Position numbers and translations under genes: made by a program. This document shows positions 18,825 to 27,520 of a DNA stretch of 64,000 nt, piece after piece. Positions within the stretch are counted from its first letter, which is position 1; each line of letters opens with the position of its first letter. The DNA is from Albidovulum sp. Its GTDB lineage: Bacteria; Pseudomonadota; Alphaproteobacteria; Rhodobacterales; Rhodobacteraceae. Below the pieces are notes generated by a model. The model had not been told where the DNA came from. It searched no databases and saw only the letters and a list, made by a program, of their open reading frames with translations. Location of the stretch: positions 40 to 64,039 of the forward strand of contig JBARVN010000065.1 of NCBI GenBank assembly GCA_049646285.1, given 5' to 3'.

Positions 18825-19217
18825 ATCAGCTCCAAGAATTGTTGCAGGTGGCAAAGGCAATAAGTCGATCAATTGAGACAATTTTGAGGCACTGTTTATT
18901 GCGGGTTTCAGTTTTGGCAACAGCCAAGACAATTCGACGCAATAACGCCAATGCGCGCAACAATCCCAGCGGAAATCTGCCTAAAGTTGAAGGTGCAGCA
19001 CCTGTGTTTGCCTTCGTAAGGGCGAATTTTGTGCCTGAATTTGCAGGGTTGCCAGACAATTGCCGCGATTCGGTCGGCTTTTTAAGGCGATTGCCGCAGG
19101 GTTGGGCAAGTCGGCCACAATCGCGCTCATGGAGAGGTGACGCATCTATCTCGGCCGGTTGTGGGCGGTGTGAAGCAGGGGTAGGCTGCTGATGAGGGCA
19201 GAAGTAAGTCGGGGCCA

Positions 19218-20081
19218 ATGCTGGCAATTCACGTGATTAATCTTGATCGTCGCCCGGACCGTCTGGCGGCCCTGTCGTCTCGGCTGGATATGCTTGGTCT
19301 TGGCTGGAACAGGGTGGCGGCGATTGATGCGATGGCCCGCGATCCGGCGGAGCTAAGCCGTGCATTCGGCGCAGGCCCTGCATCGCGCGCCTTTCCGGCA
19401 ACGCCCGGAGATATGGCATGTTCGCTAACGCATCAGCGGTTGTGGCACGAGATTGCCAGTGCACGCGTTGAGGCTGCAATTGTGTTGGAGGATGATGCGG
19501 GTTTGGCCGATAGCTTTGCCGATCTTGCGAATTGCGATCTTGCCGGAGTGATGCGGCGCAATGGAATGGGGGCGATGAAGCTGGAATTCTGGCCCGGCCC
19601 ACAATCCAGTCGCCGTTTTCCCGTGGGGCAGGATCTGGGGCCGGTTAACGGATCTATTCGACTGTTTCGGATGCGTTCGTCTTTTTTGGGCACCTGCGCC
19701 TATGTGATTACAGCTGAAGCTGCCAGAAAGCTCTTGTCTGCGCACCGAGTGCTGGAGGTGCCTGTTGACCATTTTCTGTTCGGCCAATCCGCAGGGCGAG
19801 GGTTTGACCTTTTGCGCCCCGGTTTCGTCAACCCGGCGCCGGTCTTGCACGATGTGGATCGGTTCGGATCCGATATCAGCGCAGAGCGACCGGCAAAGCC
19901 ACCGCGCCGACCATTCGCCCGCCGGTGGCATGAATACCGGCAGCTGCGCAAAGAAGAGGCCGCGTTGAGCCGGGGAGAATGCGAGCGTGTTGAGATGCGC
20001 TATGCCGGTGATGCGCCTCGCGCGTCTACACCATCATCTCTTTGGTCGCCGTCAGGTTCAGCGTCGGAAAATCCCGAATGA
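19218..20081 (+). CDS. glycosyltransferase family 25 (LPS/LOS biosynthesis-type)
   Basis: IHVINLDRRPDRL...GDMACSLTHQRLWHEI...IVLEDDA is a typical GT25 N-terminal pattern. The 3' end overlaps convergent prfC by 56 nt. Confidence 0.78.
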   Translation: MLAIHVINLDRRPDRLAALSSRLDMLGLGWNRVAAIDAMARDPAELSRAFGAGPASRAFPATPGDMACSLTHQRLWHEIASARVEAAIVLEDDAGLADSFADLANCDLAGVMRRNGMGAMKLEFWPGPQSSRRFPVGQDLGPVNGSIRLFRMRSSFLGTCAYVITAEAARKLLSAHRVLEVPVDHFLFGQSAGRGFDLLRPGFVNPAPVLHDVDRFGSDISAERPAKPPRRPFARRWHEYRQLRKEEAALSRGECERVEMRYAGDAPRASTPSSLWSPSGSASENPE

Positions 20082-21633
20082 TGCGGTCGATATCCCACTG
20101 AAGCCGGGTCAGAAAGACGATGTCGCCGTCATGGTCATAGGCAATATGGCCCTTATTGGCGGTCACGAATTTTTCGACATCCGCCTTAGGGCCACTGACC
20201 CAACGCGCTGAGGTGAACTGTGATCCTTCGAAGCGAACGGGCAAGGAATATTCCTGCTCGATCCGGCTGGCCAGCACTTCGAATTGCAACGCGCCAACGA
20301 CGCCCACAATGAACCCAGAACCGATTGCGGGTTTGAAGACCTTGGCCGCACCCTCTTCGGCGAACTGCATCAAAGCTTTTTCCAGATGCTTGGCCTTCAT
20401 CGGATCGCCCGCCCGCACATTTTGCAGCAGTTCCGGTGCAAAGGAGGGGATGCCAGTGAAACGCAACGCCTCTCCTTCGGTCAGTGCATCGCCGATGCGA
20501 AGCTGCCCGTGGTTGGGAATGCCAATGATGTCACCTGCCCAGGCTTCTTCCGCCAGTTCACGGTCTGCGGCCAGGAACATCACAGGATTGGCAATCGCCA
20601 TGGTTTTCTTTGACCGCACATGCAGCAGTTTCATACCGCGCTCAAAATGCCCCGAGGCAAGTCGGACGAACGCCACGCGGTCGCGGTGCTTTGGGTCCAT
20701 ATTTGCCTGCACCTTAAAGACAAAGCCTGCCACTTTGTTTTCATCGGCCGCAATGGTGCGTTCAGCGGCCTTTTGGGGCTGAGGCTGCGGGCCATAATCG
20801 CCAATGCCCGACATCAGCTCTTTCACGCCAAAGGAATTGATCGCACTGCCGAACCAGATCGGCGTCATATGTCCTTCCAGAAAGGACTGGTGGTTGAAGG
20901 TGGGCAAAAGCTCGCGCGCCATCTCAACTTCTTCGCGCAGTTTTTCAAGCTGATCGGGTGGGATGTGATCGGCAAGCCGCGGATCGTCCAGCCCGTTGAT
21001 CTTGATCGACTCGGCGACGCGGTTTCGGTCGGCCCGGTCCATCAGTTCCAGCCGGTCGTTCAACAAGTCATAGCAGCCCAGAAAATCGCGGCCCACGCCG
21101 ATTGGCCAAGAGGCCGGCGTGACGTCAATCGCGAGGTTTTCTTGTATCTCATCAATGATCTCAAACGTATCGCGGCTTTCACGGTCCATCTTGTTACAGA
21201 ATGTCAGGATCGGCAGGTCGCGCAGTCGGCAGACTTCGAACAGTTTTCTGGTTTGCGATTCCACACCCTTCGCCCCGTCGATCACCATGATTGCGGCATC
21301 AACGGCGGTCAGCGTGCGGTATGTGTCTTCCGAGAAATCAGAGTGACCAGGGGTGTCGACAAGGTTGAACCGGTAGGGGCCGAATTCGAACGACATGGCC
21401 GAGGCCGAGACCGAGATGCCGCGGTCTTGTTCCATCTTCATGAAATCCGAACGCGTGCGGCGTGCCTCGCCCTTCGCGCGCACCTGGCCCGCCATCTGAA
21501 TCGCGCCACCAAACAAAAGAAATTTCTCTGTCAGCGTGGTCTTGCCAGCATCCGGGTGGGAAATGATCGCAAAGGTGCGCCGCCGGGCAATTTCGGCGGG
21601 CAGGGTGGCTTGATGTGGGACAGTGTTGGACAT
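20026..21633 (-). CDS. prfC: peptide chain release factor 3
   Basis: RRRTFAIISHPDAGKTTLTEK, NLVDTPGH and NKMDR GTPase motifs with PrfC-length architecture. Start set at MSNTVPHQ (21633). Confidence 0.95.
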   Translation of the reverse strand: MSNTVPHQATLPAEIARRRTFAIISHPDAGKTTLTEKFLLFGGAIQMAGQVRAKGEARRTRSDFMKMEQDRGISVSASAMSFEFGPYRFNLVDTPGHSDFSEDTYRTLTAVDAAIMVIDGAKGVESQTRKLFEVCRLRDLPILTFCNKMDRESRDTFEIIDEIQENLAIDVTPASWPIGVGRDFLGCYDLLNDRLELMDRADRNRVAESIKINGLDDPRLADHIPPDQLEKLREEVEMARELLPTFNHQSFLEGHMTPIWFGSAINSFGVKELMSGIGDYGPQPQPQKAAERTIAADENKVAGFVFKVQANMDPKHRDRVAFVRLASGHFERGMKLLHVRSKKTMAIANPVMFLAADRELAEEAWAGDIIGIPNHGQLRIGDALTEGEALRFTGIPSFAPELLQNVRAGDPMKAKHLEKALMQFAEEGAAKVFKPAIGSGFIVGVVGALQFEVLASRIEQEYSLPVRFEGSQFTSARWVSGPKADVEKFVTANKGHIAYDHDGDIVFLTRLQWDIDRIIRDFPTLNLTATKEMMV

Positions 21634-21756
21634 GGTGCGCGATATAGCCTTGCGCATTCGCAATTGGAAGAGAGCCTGACCTAGAAGCAGATTTCAACAC
21701 GCAAGAGGAATTTTCCGGGCTCCATGCCACCGCTTGCCCTCACCTTTGGTGGTATC

Positions 21757-22761
21757 TTAAGTCGTGCGGCCAGAGCCAAGCAGGGCTTCGCGCGCCGCAG
21801 TATCCAGAAGATCACGACCAGCCTCGGTGCCAAAATGCTGGCTGTGGCTAAGGCCGGGGAAACGCGCGCGCACTTCATCGGCCAGATCTTTGGGCAATAG
21901 CTTGACCGTGACCTCATTCACCAGAAGGCTTTCCGCCGGAATGCCTTCTGCATAGATAATCTCATGCCTGTCAAAGACGAGACAGTAATAGTCTACAAAC
22001 CCGTCTTCACGGCGCGTGACGGTCTTTCCGTCCACCAGATGTTTGGCCTGAACCAAAAGTTCTGCTGTTCCGCCAATCCGCGCATGTCCGCGCTGATATA
22101 TAAAAATGCGGTGGTGTGGGCTGACGACCAGATCGGTGTCATTGCCCAATGTGCCCGCGCCGATGACCACCGGCGCAAAGGCCCCGCGCGCCCGCATCGT
22201 GGCGCGGCCAACCAGCCGGATCTCTTGCGATCCGTGGTCTCGGGTGAGAATGCGGTCTCCGGGGGCAAGCCTTTCAATCGGGCGCTGCGCGCCGCCGGGT
22301 AGTGTGATCATCGTGCCTGCGGCGAAAGAAACGCAAACGGCGTCGGCAATTCGGATGTCGCCAATATCTTCGTTTGCCGCAAGCAGCGTATAGTCGGTTC
22401 GCGGGCCTATGGGCGACAGTGGCAAGGCCAATGCGGTGCCGCTCGGGGCGTGTTGCACATAAAGCAGTTCTACCTGATCTCCGTCCGGCGCCATCAGCGT
22501 CAATTGTGACAAGAGATCCAACCGGTCACCCGGCGCGCCAATGTCCGAGCCGTCGGCCAGGATCTGCACCCGATCTTCTACAGACCCGGTGTGCAGCATC
22601 ATACGTAAGGGGCTTGCATTTGGATCCAGACGGTAGATATCGCCCAGTTCAACGTCGGCGGCCGCGCCAATGGCATCGCCAAGATTGGCCCCCACGGCCA
22701 CGCGCAACGCGCGTGCATCATACGCGTGAGTTGCATGGGAGGGCAGGGGCGCATCAACCAT
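21757..22761 (-). CDS. Hint (Hedgehog/intein, bacterial intein-like) domain-containing protein
   Basis: The Hint_2-type module starts at C143 (CVSFAAGTMITLPGG) and runs to ...IIYAEGIPAESLLVN (about 21916-22335). The N-terminal 140 aa belong to no family I recognise. No signal peptide. Confidence 0.8.
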   Translation of the reverse strand: MVDAPLPSHATHAYDARALRVAVGANLGDAIGAAADVELGDIYRLDPNASPLRMMLHTGSVEDRVQILADGSDIGAPGDRLDLLSQLTLMAPDGDQVELLYVQHAPSGTALALPLSPIGPRTDYTLLAANEDIGDIRIADAVCVSFAAGTMITLPGGAQRPIERLAPGDRILTRDHGSQEIRLVGRATMRARGAFAPVVIGAGTLGNDTDLVVSPHHRIFIYQRGHARIGGTAELLVQAKHLVDGKTVTRREDGFVDYYCLVFDRHEIIYAEGIPAESLLVNEVTVKLLPKDLADEVRARFPGLSHSQHFGTEAGRDLLDTAAREALLGSGRTT

Positions 22762-22854
22762 TCAGCAGCTTTCGGGGACATTCTTGGGGGGTGAATATTT
22801 CCCGTACGCTTAGCAAATCATGCATCTATGCGTCAATGATGCGATCCGGCAGGT

Positions 22855-23748
22855 CTAACCCGCCCCGCCGGAATGGGCGATCCACCGCGCAACGGCGTCC
22901 ACCTCCGGGCGGGTCGCCTGCCGATCACGGCGGGCCAGAAAATACCCCCGTTCCGAACCTGCTGTAAGGCCAGTCAGGCGCACCAACGCGCCAGTTTCCA
23001 GAAAACTGTCCAGCAAGCCTGACCAGCTGAGGCAAATGCCCTGTCCGGCCAGCGCTGCATTGATCGCCATCGCATAGGTGTTGAAGTCCAGCTGTTTCAC
23101 GTCATCGGGCATCGTTGCGCCGACGGCCGTGAACCAACTTGGCCAGTCATACCAAAACCGCCGTGTGCCTTCCATGGTCAGCAGCGTGTGCTGCGTGAAT
23201 TCTTCCGGGGTTTTTGGCTGAGGGTGGCGCGACAAATAATAGGGACTTGCGGCAGGAAATACATCTTCACCCAGTATCTTTACCTCATCCGCCTGTGCCG
23301 GGTTCGGCATCCCAAAACGGATCATCACATCGCCTGGCCGCCCGGCTTCGCCTTGCTCCATCGAGATGATGCGGATCACCGTGTCGGGGAACGCATCGCG
23401 CAGTGGGCCCAGCCGCGGAATTAGCCAAAAGGCCACAAAACCTGAGGGGCCTGAAACCGTTACCACATGTTCTTTGGCGGCCCGGCGGATCCTGTCCGTG
23501 GCGGATTCAATCAGATCAAAGCCGGTCCCAAGTGCGGCCACCAGCTCGCGCCCTGCTTCGGTCAGTTTTACGGGTTTGCGGCCCCGGTCAAAAAGAGGCG
23601 CGCCAAGATCGGCTTCAAGCTGCGCGATCCGCCGCGATACGGCTGGCTGCGATACGTTCAGCGCTCGCGCGGCTTCGGTCAAAGTTCCATGGCGAACCGC
23701 CTCGTGAAAAGCGATCAGGCCGGAGAATGGGGGGAGGTGACGTTTCAT
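22855..23748 (-). CDS. LysR family transcriptional regulator
   Basis: N-terminal wHTH (FHEAVRHGTLTEAARALNVSQPAVSRRIAQLE) plus a LysR substrate-binding domain. Confidence 0.9.
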   Translation of the reverse strand: MKRHLPPFSGLIAFHEAVRHGTLTEAARALNVSQPAVSRRIAQLEADLGAPLFDRGRKPVKLTEAGRELVAALGTGFDLIESATDRIRRAAKEHVVTVSGPSGFVAFWLIPRLGPLRDAFPDTVIRIISMEQGEAGRPGDVMIRFGMPNPAQADEVKILGEDVFPAASPYYLSRHPQPKTPEEFTQHTLLTMEGTRRFWYDWPSWFTAVGATMPDDVKQLDFNTYAMAINAALAGQGICLSWSGLLDSFLETGALVRLTGLTAGSERGYFLARRDRQATRPEVDAVARWIAHSGGAG

Positions 23749-23767
23749 TATGCGCTCAGCGTATATT

Positions 23768-23788
23768 AATGCGATTTTTTACAGCATT
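23768..23788. promoter_or_regulatory. candidate LysR-type dyad AATGC-N11-GCATT in the divergent LysR/cupin promoter region
   Basis: Perfect 5-bp inverted repeat separated by 11 nt, 20 nt upstream of the LysR start. Confidence 0.35.
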
Positions 23789-23849
23789 GCGCGAATAAGA
23801 CATTCAGGCAAGATACACCTTAGATAAACGCGGTATAGCAGAGGCCGGC

Positions 23850-24332
23850 ATGACACAGTTTACTCAGATATCTGATGCAGAGTTTTTGCCTGGCATGGGC
23901 GTTGCGGCGGCTCTTGAGGCTGCAAATTGCAATGATATCCCTTCGGGTCAGGCCTTTACTGTAGACAGCGCGGCTGTTGATTCCGAGGGTGGAACTGACC
24001 CTGTGTTTGGCAGCGTGACGTGGAAAACCCTGATTTCCGCCGAAAAAACCCCCACGGATGAGTTCGTCTTGGGAATTGCGCAATTCGGTCCGGGCGGAAC
24101 GCTGCACGCACATCGGCATGTGCCTGCAGAATTCTATCTGGGGCTTGAGGGTGACGGCGTTGTCACGATCGATGGCGTTGCACATGTCATCCGTGCGGGT
24201 GTTGCGCTCTATATACCGGGCGACGCCGAACACGCCACGGTTGCCGGACCAGACGGGTTGCGGTTCGCCTACGGGTTCGCTGAAGCCGCTTTTACAGGCA
24301 TCACCTATAACTTTTCCGAAAAAGTAGCCTAA
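23850..24332 (+). CDS. cupin domain-containing protein
   Basis: Cupin motifs G(X)5HxH-like (GGTLHAHRHVPAEFYLGLEGDG) and IPGDAEHA. Confidence 0.75.
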   Translation: MTQFTQISDAEFLPGMGVAAALEAANCNDIPSGQAFTVDSAAVDSEGGTDPVFGSVTWKTLISAEKTPTDEFVLGIAQFGPGGTLHAHRHVPAEFYLGLEGDGVVTIDGVAHVIRAGVALYIPGDAEHATVAGPDGLRFAYGFAEAAFTGITYNFSEKVA

Positions 24333-24411
24333 ACTCTAAACTGGCTGGCTAAGCACTGGCTCTGGGCGCACGATCCGCTATCTTGTCTTCTGGTTTGTGG
24401 AGGGCTTGATA

Positions 24412-25191
24412 ATGGATCTGGGAATTGCTGGCAAAAGGGCGCTGGTCTGTGCGTCGTCAAGGGGGCTTGGGCGTGGATGCGCCGTGGCGCTGGCCGAGGC
24501 TGGGGTTGACCTTGTCTTGAATGCGCGCGGGGCTGAGGCATTGGCCGAAACGGCAGACATGATTCGGAATACCCATGGTGTGAACGTTACCGAAGTTGCC
24601 GCCGACATCACGACCGATAGCGGGCGGAAGTCGGTGCTGGCCGCTGCCGGATCGGTTGATATTCTGGTCACCAATGCGGGTGGCCCGCCGCCCGGGATGT
24701 GGAGCGACTGGGAGCGCGAGGATTTTCTCAAGGCACTCGATGCCAATATGCTGACGCCAATCGCGCTGATGAAGGCGTTGCTGCCCGGGATGATCGCCAA
24801 AGGGTGGGGGCGCGTGGTCAATATCACGTCGCAATCGGTCAAGTCCCCGATTGCCATACTTGGGTTGTCCAATGCCGCGCGTGCGGGTTTGACGGGATAT
24901 GTCGCGGGCACGTCGCGGCAGGTGGCGTCCGCTGGCGTGACAATCAACAACCTTCTTCCCGGAATACACGCCACAGACCGGGCGGTTGCCCTTGATATGG
25001 GCGTGGCCACGGCTGACGGGATCTCGGCCGAAGCCGCACGGACGCGGCGCGAGAGGACAATCCCCGCGCATCGCTATGGGACTGCTGCCGAATTTGGTGC
25101 GACATGTGCGTTTTTATGTTCGCAGCATGCTGGATTTATCGTGGGGCAAAACATCTTGCTCGACGGTGGTGCCGTGAATTCAACCCTGTAG
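24412..25191 (+). CDS. SDR family oxidoreductase
   Basis: ASSRGLGRG cofactor motif and NNLLPG region. Start set at ATG 24412, preceded by GGAGGG. Confidence 0.88.
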   Translation: MDLGIAGKRALVCASSRGLGRGCAVALAEAGVDLVLNARGAEALAETADMIRNTHGVNVTEVAADITTDSGRKSVLAAAGSVDILVTNAGGPPPGMWSDWEREDFLKALDANMLTPIALMKALLPGMIAKGWGRVVNITSQSVKSPIAILGLSNAARAGLTGYVAGTSRQVASAGVTINNLLPGIHATDRAVALDMGVATADGISAEAARTRRERTIPAHRYGTAAEFGATCAFLCSQHAGFIVGQNILLDGGAVNSTL

Positions 25192-25300
25192 TCTCGGCTC
25201 AGCTGCCGCCCTTGCGGTCAGGCTGGTGCTTGCGAGGGACAAGTCCGACTGCTATCCGAAGGGAAACCCGACGAAATCGCTCGGGCAAGGGGAGAGAGAC

Positions 25301-26386
25301 GTGACCGAGACCGCACCGCGCCTTGAGGTTCAGCACCTCATCCGCCGTTTTGACGGTCGGGTGGTTGTTGACGACGTGTCGCTGACCATTCCGACCGGGC
25401 AGGTGACCTGTCTGCTGGGCCCGTCGGGCTGCGGGAAATCAACCACGCTCAGGATGATCGCCGGGGTGGACAAGCAAGATGCGGGGCGCATTTTTGTAGA
25501 TGGCCAGCTGATGTGCGATACTGTCGTGACCGTGCCGCCCGAGCAACGGTCGATTGGCCTGATGTTTCAGGATTTTGCGCTGTTCCCGCACCTGAATGTT
25601 GCGGAAAATATTGGGTTCGGCCTGCCTCGGGGAATGGCCGCGCGTGCGAGCCGTGTAGCAGAACTGCTTGAGCGTGTGTCTATGGCCGGGTTTGGCGAGA
25701 AGTTTCCGCATGAACTGTCTGGCGGCGAACAACAGCGCGTGGCGCTGGTTCGTGCTCTGGCGCCGCGCCCGCGCATCCTTTTGATGGACGAGCCTTTTTC
25801 AGGCCTTGATGAGCGGCTTCGCGATGGAATTCGCGACGATACGCTGGCGCTGCTGAAAGAAGAAGGGACGGCGGTTTTGCTGGTTACGCATGAACCGCAT
25901 GAGGCGATGCGCATGGCCGATGAGATTGCGCTGATGCGCGGGGGGCGCATTGTGCAGCAAGGGGCGCCTTACAACATATACAACGCACCTTGCGACAGAG
26001 AGGCTGCTGCATTTTTTTCTGATATCAACATCTTGCGCGGCGAAGTTCACGGTGCATTGACGCGCACACCCTTCGGGGAATTCCTTGCCCCCGGTGTGCC
26101 CGATGGGACTGAGGTTGAGATTGTCATTCGTCCGCAGCATCTGAAAATCGACTTTGATCGGGCCGGTCGCGGCCCGAACCCTACAGCAGTGGGCGGCACG
26201 CCTGCCCGTGCTTCTGTCGAAAGGGCGCGGTTCATGGGGCGTGAAAGTCTGGTGGAATTTCGCATGGATGACGGGGGCGAGATATTGAAAGCCACAGTTC
26301 CGGGGGTTTTCTTGCCAAAGCCGGGAACTATCATGTGGCTGATGATCCGCCGAGATCGCTGCTTTGTGTTCCCGAACCGCGGCTAA
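25301..26386 (+). CDS. ABC transporter ATP-binding protein (PotA/FbpC-type with C-terminal TOBE-like domain), no cognate permease nearby
   Basis: Walker [10 protein letters not shown], signature LSGGEQQRVAL, Walker B ILLMDEPFS. Start set at GTG 25301 after GGGGAGAG. Confidence 0.9.
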   Translation: MTETAPRLEVQHLIRRFDGRVVVDDVSLTIPTGQVTCLLGPSGCGKSTTLRMIAGVDKQDAGRIFVDGQLMCDTVVTVPPEQRSIGLMFQDFALFPHLNVAENIGFGLPRGMAARASRVAELLERVSMAGFGEKFPHELSGGEQQRVALVRALAPRPRILLMDEPFSGLDERLRDGIRDDTLALLKEEGTAVLLVTHEPHEAMRMADEIALMRGGRIVQQGAPYNIYNAPCDREAAAFFSDINILRGEVHGALTRTPFGEFLAPGVPDGTEVEIVIRPQHLKIDFDRAGRGPNPTAVGGTPARASVERARFMGRESLVEFRMDDGGEILKATVPGVFLPKPGTIMWLMIRRDRCFVFPNRG

Positions 26387-26409
26387 ACGTGGCCGTATAG
26401 GTTCGGCGT

Positions 26410-27084
26410 TCAGCCTCGGTCAAGCCGCGCCAGAAAATCTTCGACTGTTTTGCCCGGTTCGGATAGAAATGCACCGCCATCATGGACAACATCTTTGATA
26501 AGATCGACCCGAAAGACATTGAAATTATTTCTGAATTCGCACCATGCGGTCAATGTCCACACCCGCCCCCAATATTCCAGATGAAGTGGGCGCACACGCC
26601 GTGCGGCCCTTGTGCCGCTTTCGCCTGGATAGATCAGTGACAGGGTCAGGTGGTCGCGTATGGCGCGGCGGATCAGACCGAGATTTGGGGCCGCGCGTGC
26701 CGCCTCAAGACTGGAAAACACAAAACTCTCAGCACCCGGTTCTTGCCCGCGCGACGGTGCAACGGCCGAGATCTTGGCCCCAAGGGAATTGGCCGCGCGG
26801 GACAGAGTCGCGTCAGCCGCCGCCGTCACCAGGGTGATCCCCAGTCTGAGGGCTTCAAATTCGTCTCGTGTCAGCGCCATTGGTGGCAGTGTTGTCAGTT
26901 CACGCAGGCGGTATCCGACACCGCGCGCGCCTTCGACGGGCAAGCCCGAGCTTGAAAGCGTGCTCATGTCGCGCCAGAGCGTCCGGGTGGTCACATCGAA
27001 CCGCTGCGCGAGGTCCTTGGCACGGTGCAACTGCCCGTCCCGAAGGATTTGGATCAACTGAAAAAGGCGGTCTTTGCGACGCAT
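26410..27084 (-). CDS. YafY family transcriptional regulator (HTH + WYL domain)
   Basis: MRRKDRLFQLIQILRDGQLHRAKDLAQRFDVTTRTLWRDMSTLSSSGLPV is the HTH_11/DeoR-type N-terminus. The C-terminal part contains a WYL-like YWGRVWTLTAWC segment. Confidence 0.85.
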   Translation of the reverse strand: MRRKDRLFQLIQILRDGQLHRAKDLAQRFDVTTRTLWRDMSTLSSSGLPVEGARGVGYRLRELTTLPPMALTRDEFEALRLGITLVTAAADATLSRAANSLGAKISAVAPSRGQEPGAESFVFSSLEAARAAPNLGLIRRAIRDHLTLSLIYPGESGTRAARRVRPLHLEYWGRVWTLTAWCEFRNNFNVFRVDLIKDVVHDGGAFLSEPGKTVEDFLARLDRG

Positions 27085-27112
27085 GACAGGTTTTAGTGCT
27101 CCGTTTGGTGTT

Positions 27113-27136
27113 CAACTGACAAAATAGTGTCAGTTG
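27113..27136. promoter_or_regulatory. perfect 9-bp inverted repeat CAACTGACA-N6-TGTCAGTTG upstream of the YafY gene (candidate operator)
   Basis: Read directly from the sequence. Lies 29-52 nt upstream of the YafY start codon, in the yafY/tatA divergent region. Confidence 0.4.
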
Positions 27137-27271
27137 TGCGGGCAGGGCAAGCCGTATCCAACCCGGTTTGAACCCTTTCATGCACGGAAAGGGCTTTGCC
27201 AAGTCTGTTGGAGGCCCTACATCAGTTAAGTAGATAGCGGGCGCACCCGAAACGCCCGAGGGGAGATGAAC

Positions 27272-27487
27272 ATGTTAAACAATATCGGCATTCCGGGCCT
27301 GTTGCTTATTGCAGTCGTGGTTCTTGTGCTTTTTGGCCGTGGCAAAGTTTCGGCCCTGATGGGCGAAGTCGGCAAAGGCATCACCGCCTTCAAGAAAGGC
27401 GTCAAAGAAGGTGGCGAAGAGATCGAGAAAGCCTCGGATTCTGACGCCCGCGACGTGACCCCTGAAACCGAGAAGGACAAGGCCTGA
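27272..27487 (+). CDS. tatA: twin-arginine translocase subunit TatA
   Basis: TM helix followed by the [24 protein letters not shown] hinge and amphipathic helix. The second ATG (27272) has better spacing to GGGGAG than ATG 27266. Confidence 0.9.
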   Translation: MLNNIGIPGLLLIAVVVLVLFGRGKVSALMGEVGKGITAFKKGVKEGGEEIEKASDSDARDVTPETEKDKA

Positions 27488-27520
27488 GCTTTGTTCTTCG
27501 GTTAGTGGGCGGACACGGTC

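Noticed and set aside
20620-21684. 354-aa plus-strand ORF. The same situation applies to 42835-43698 (287 aa) and 37909-38616 / 38707-39366.
   Set aside because: They are antisense to prfC, purF and the LacI/nlpD genes respectively. These are GC-rich antisense-frame artefacts.
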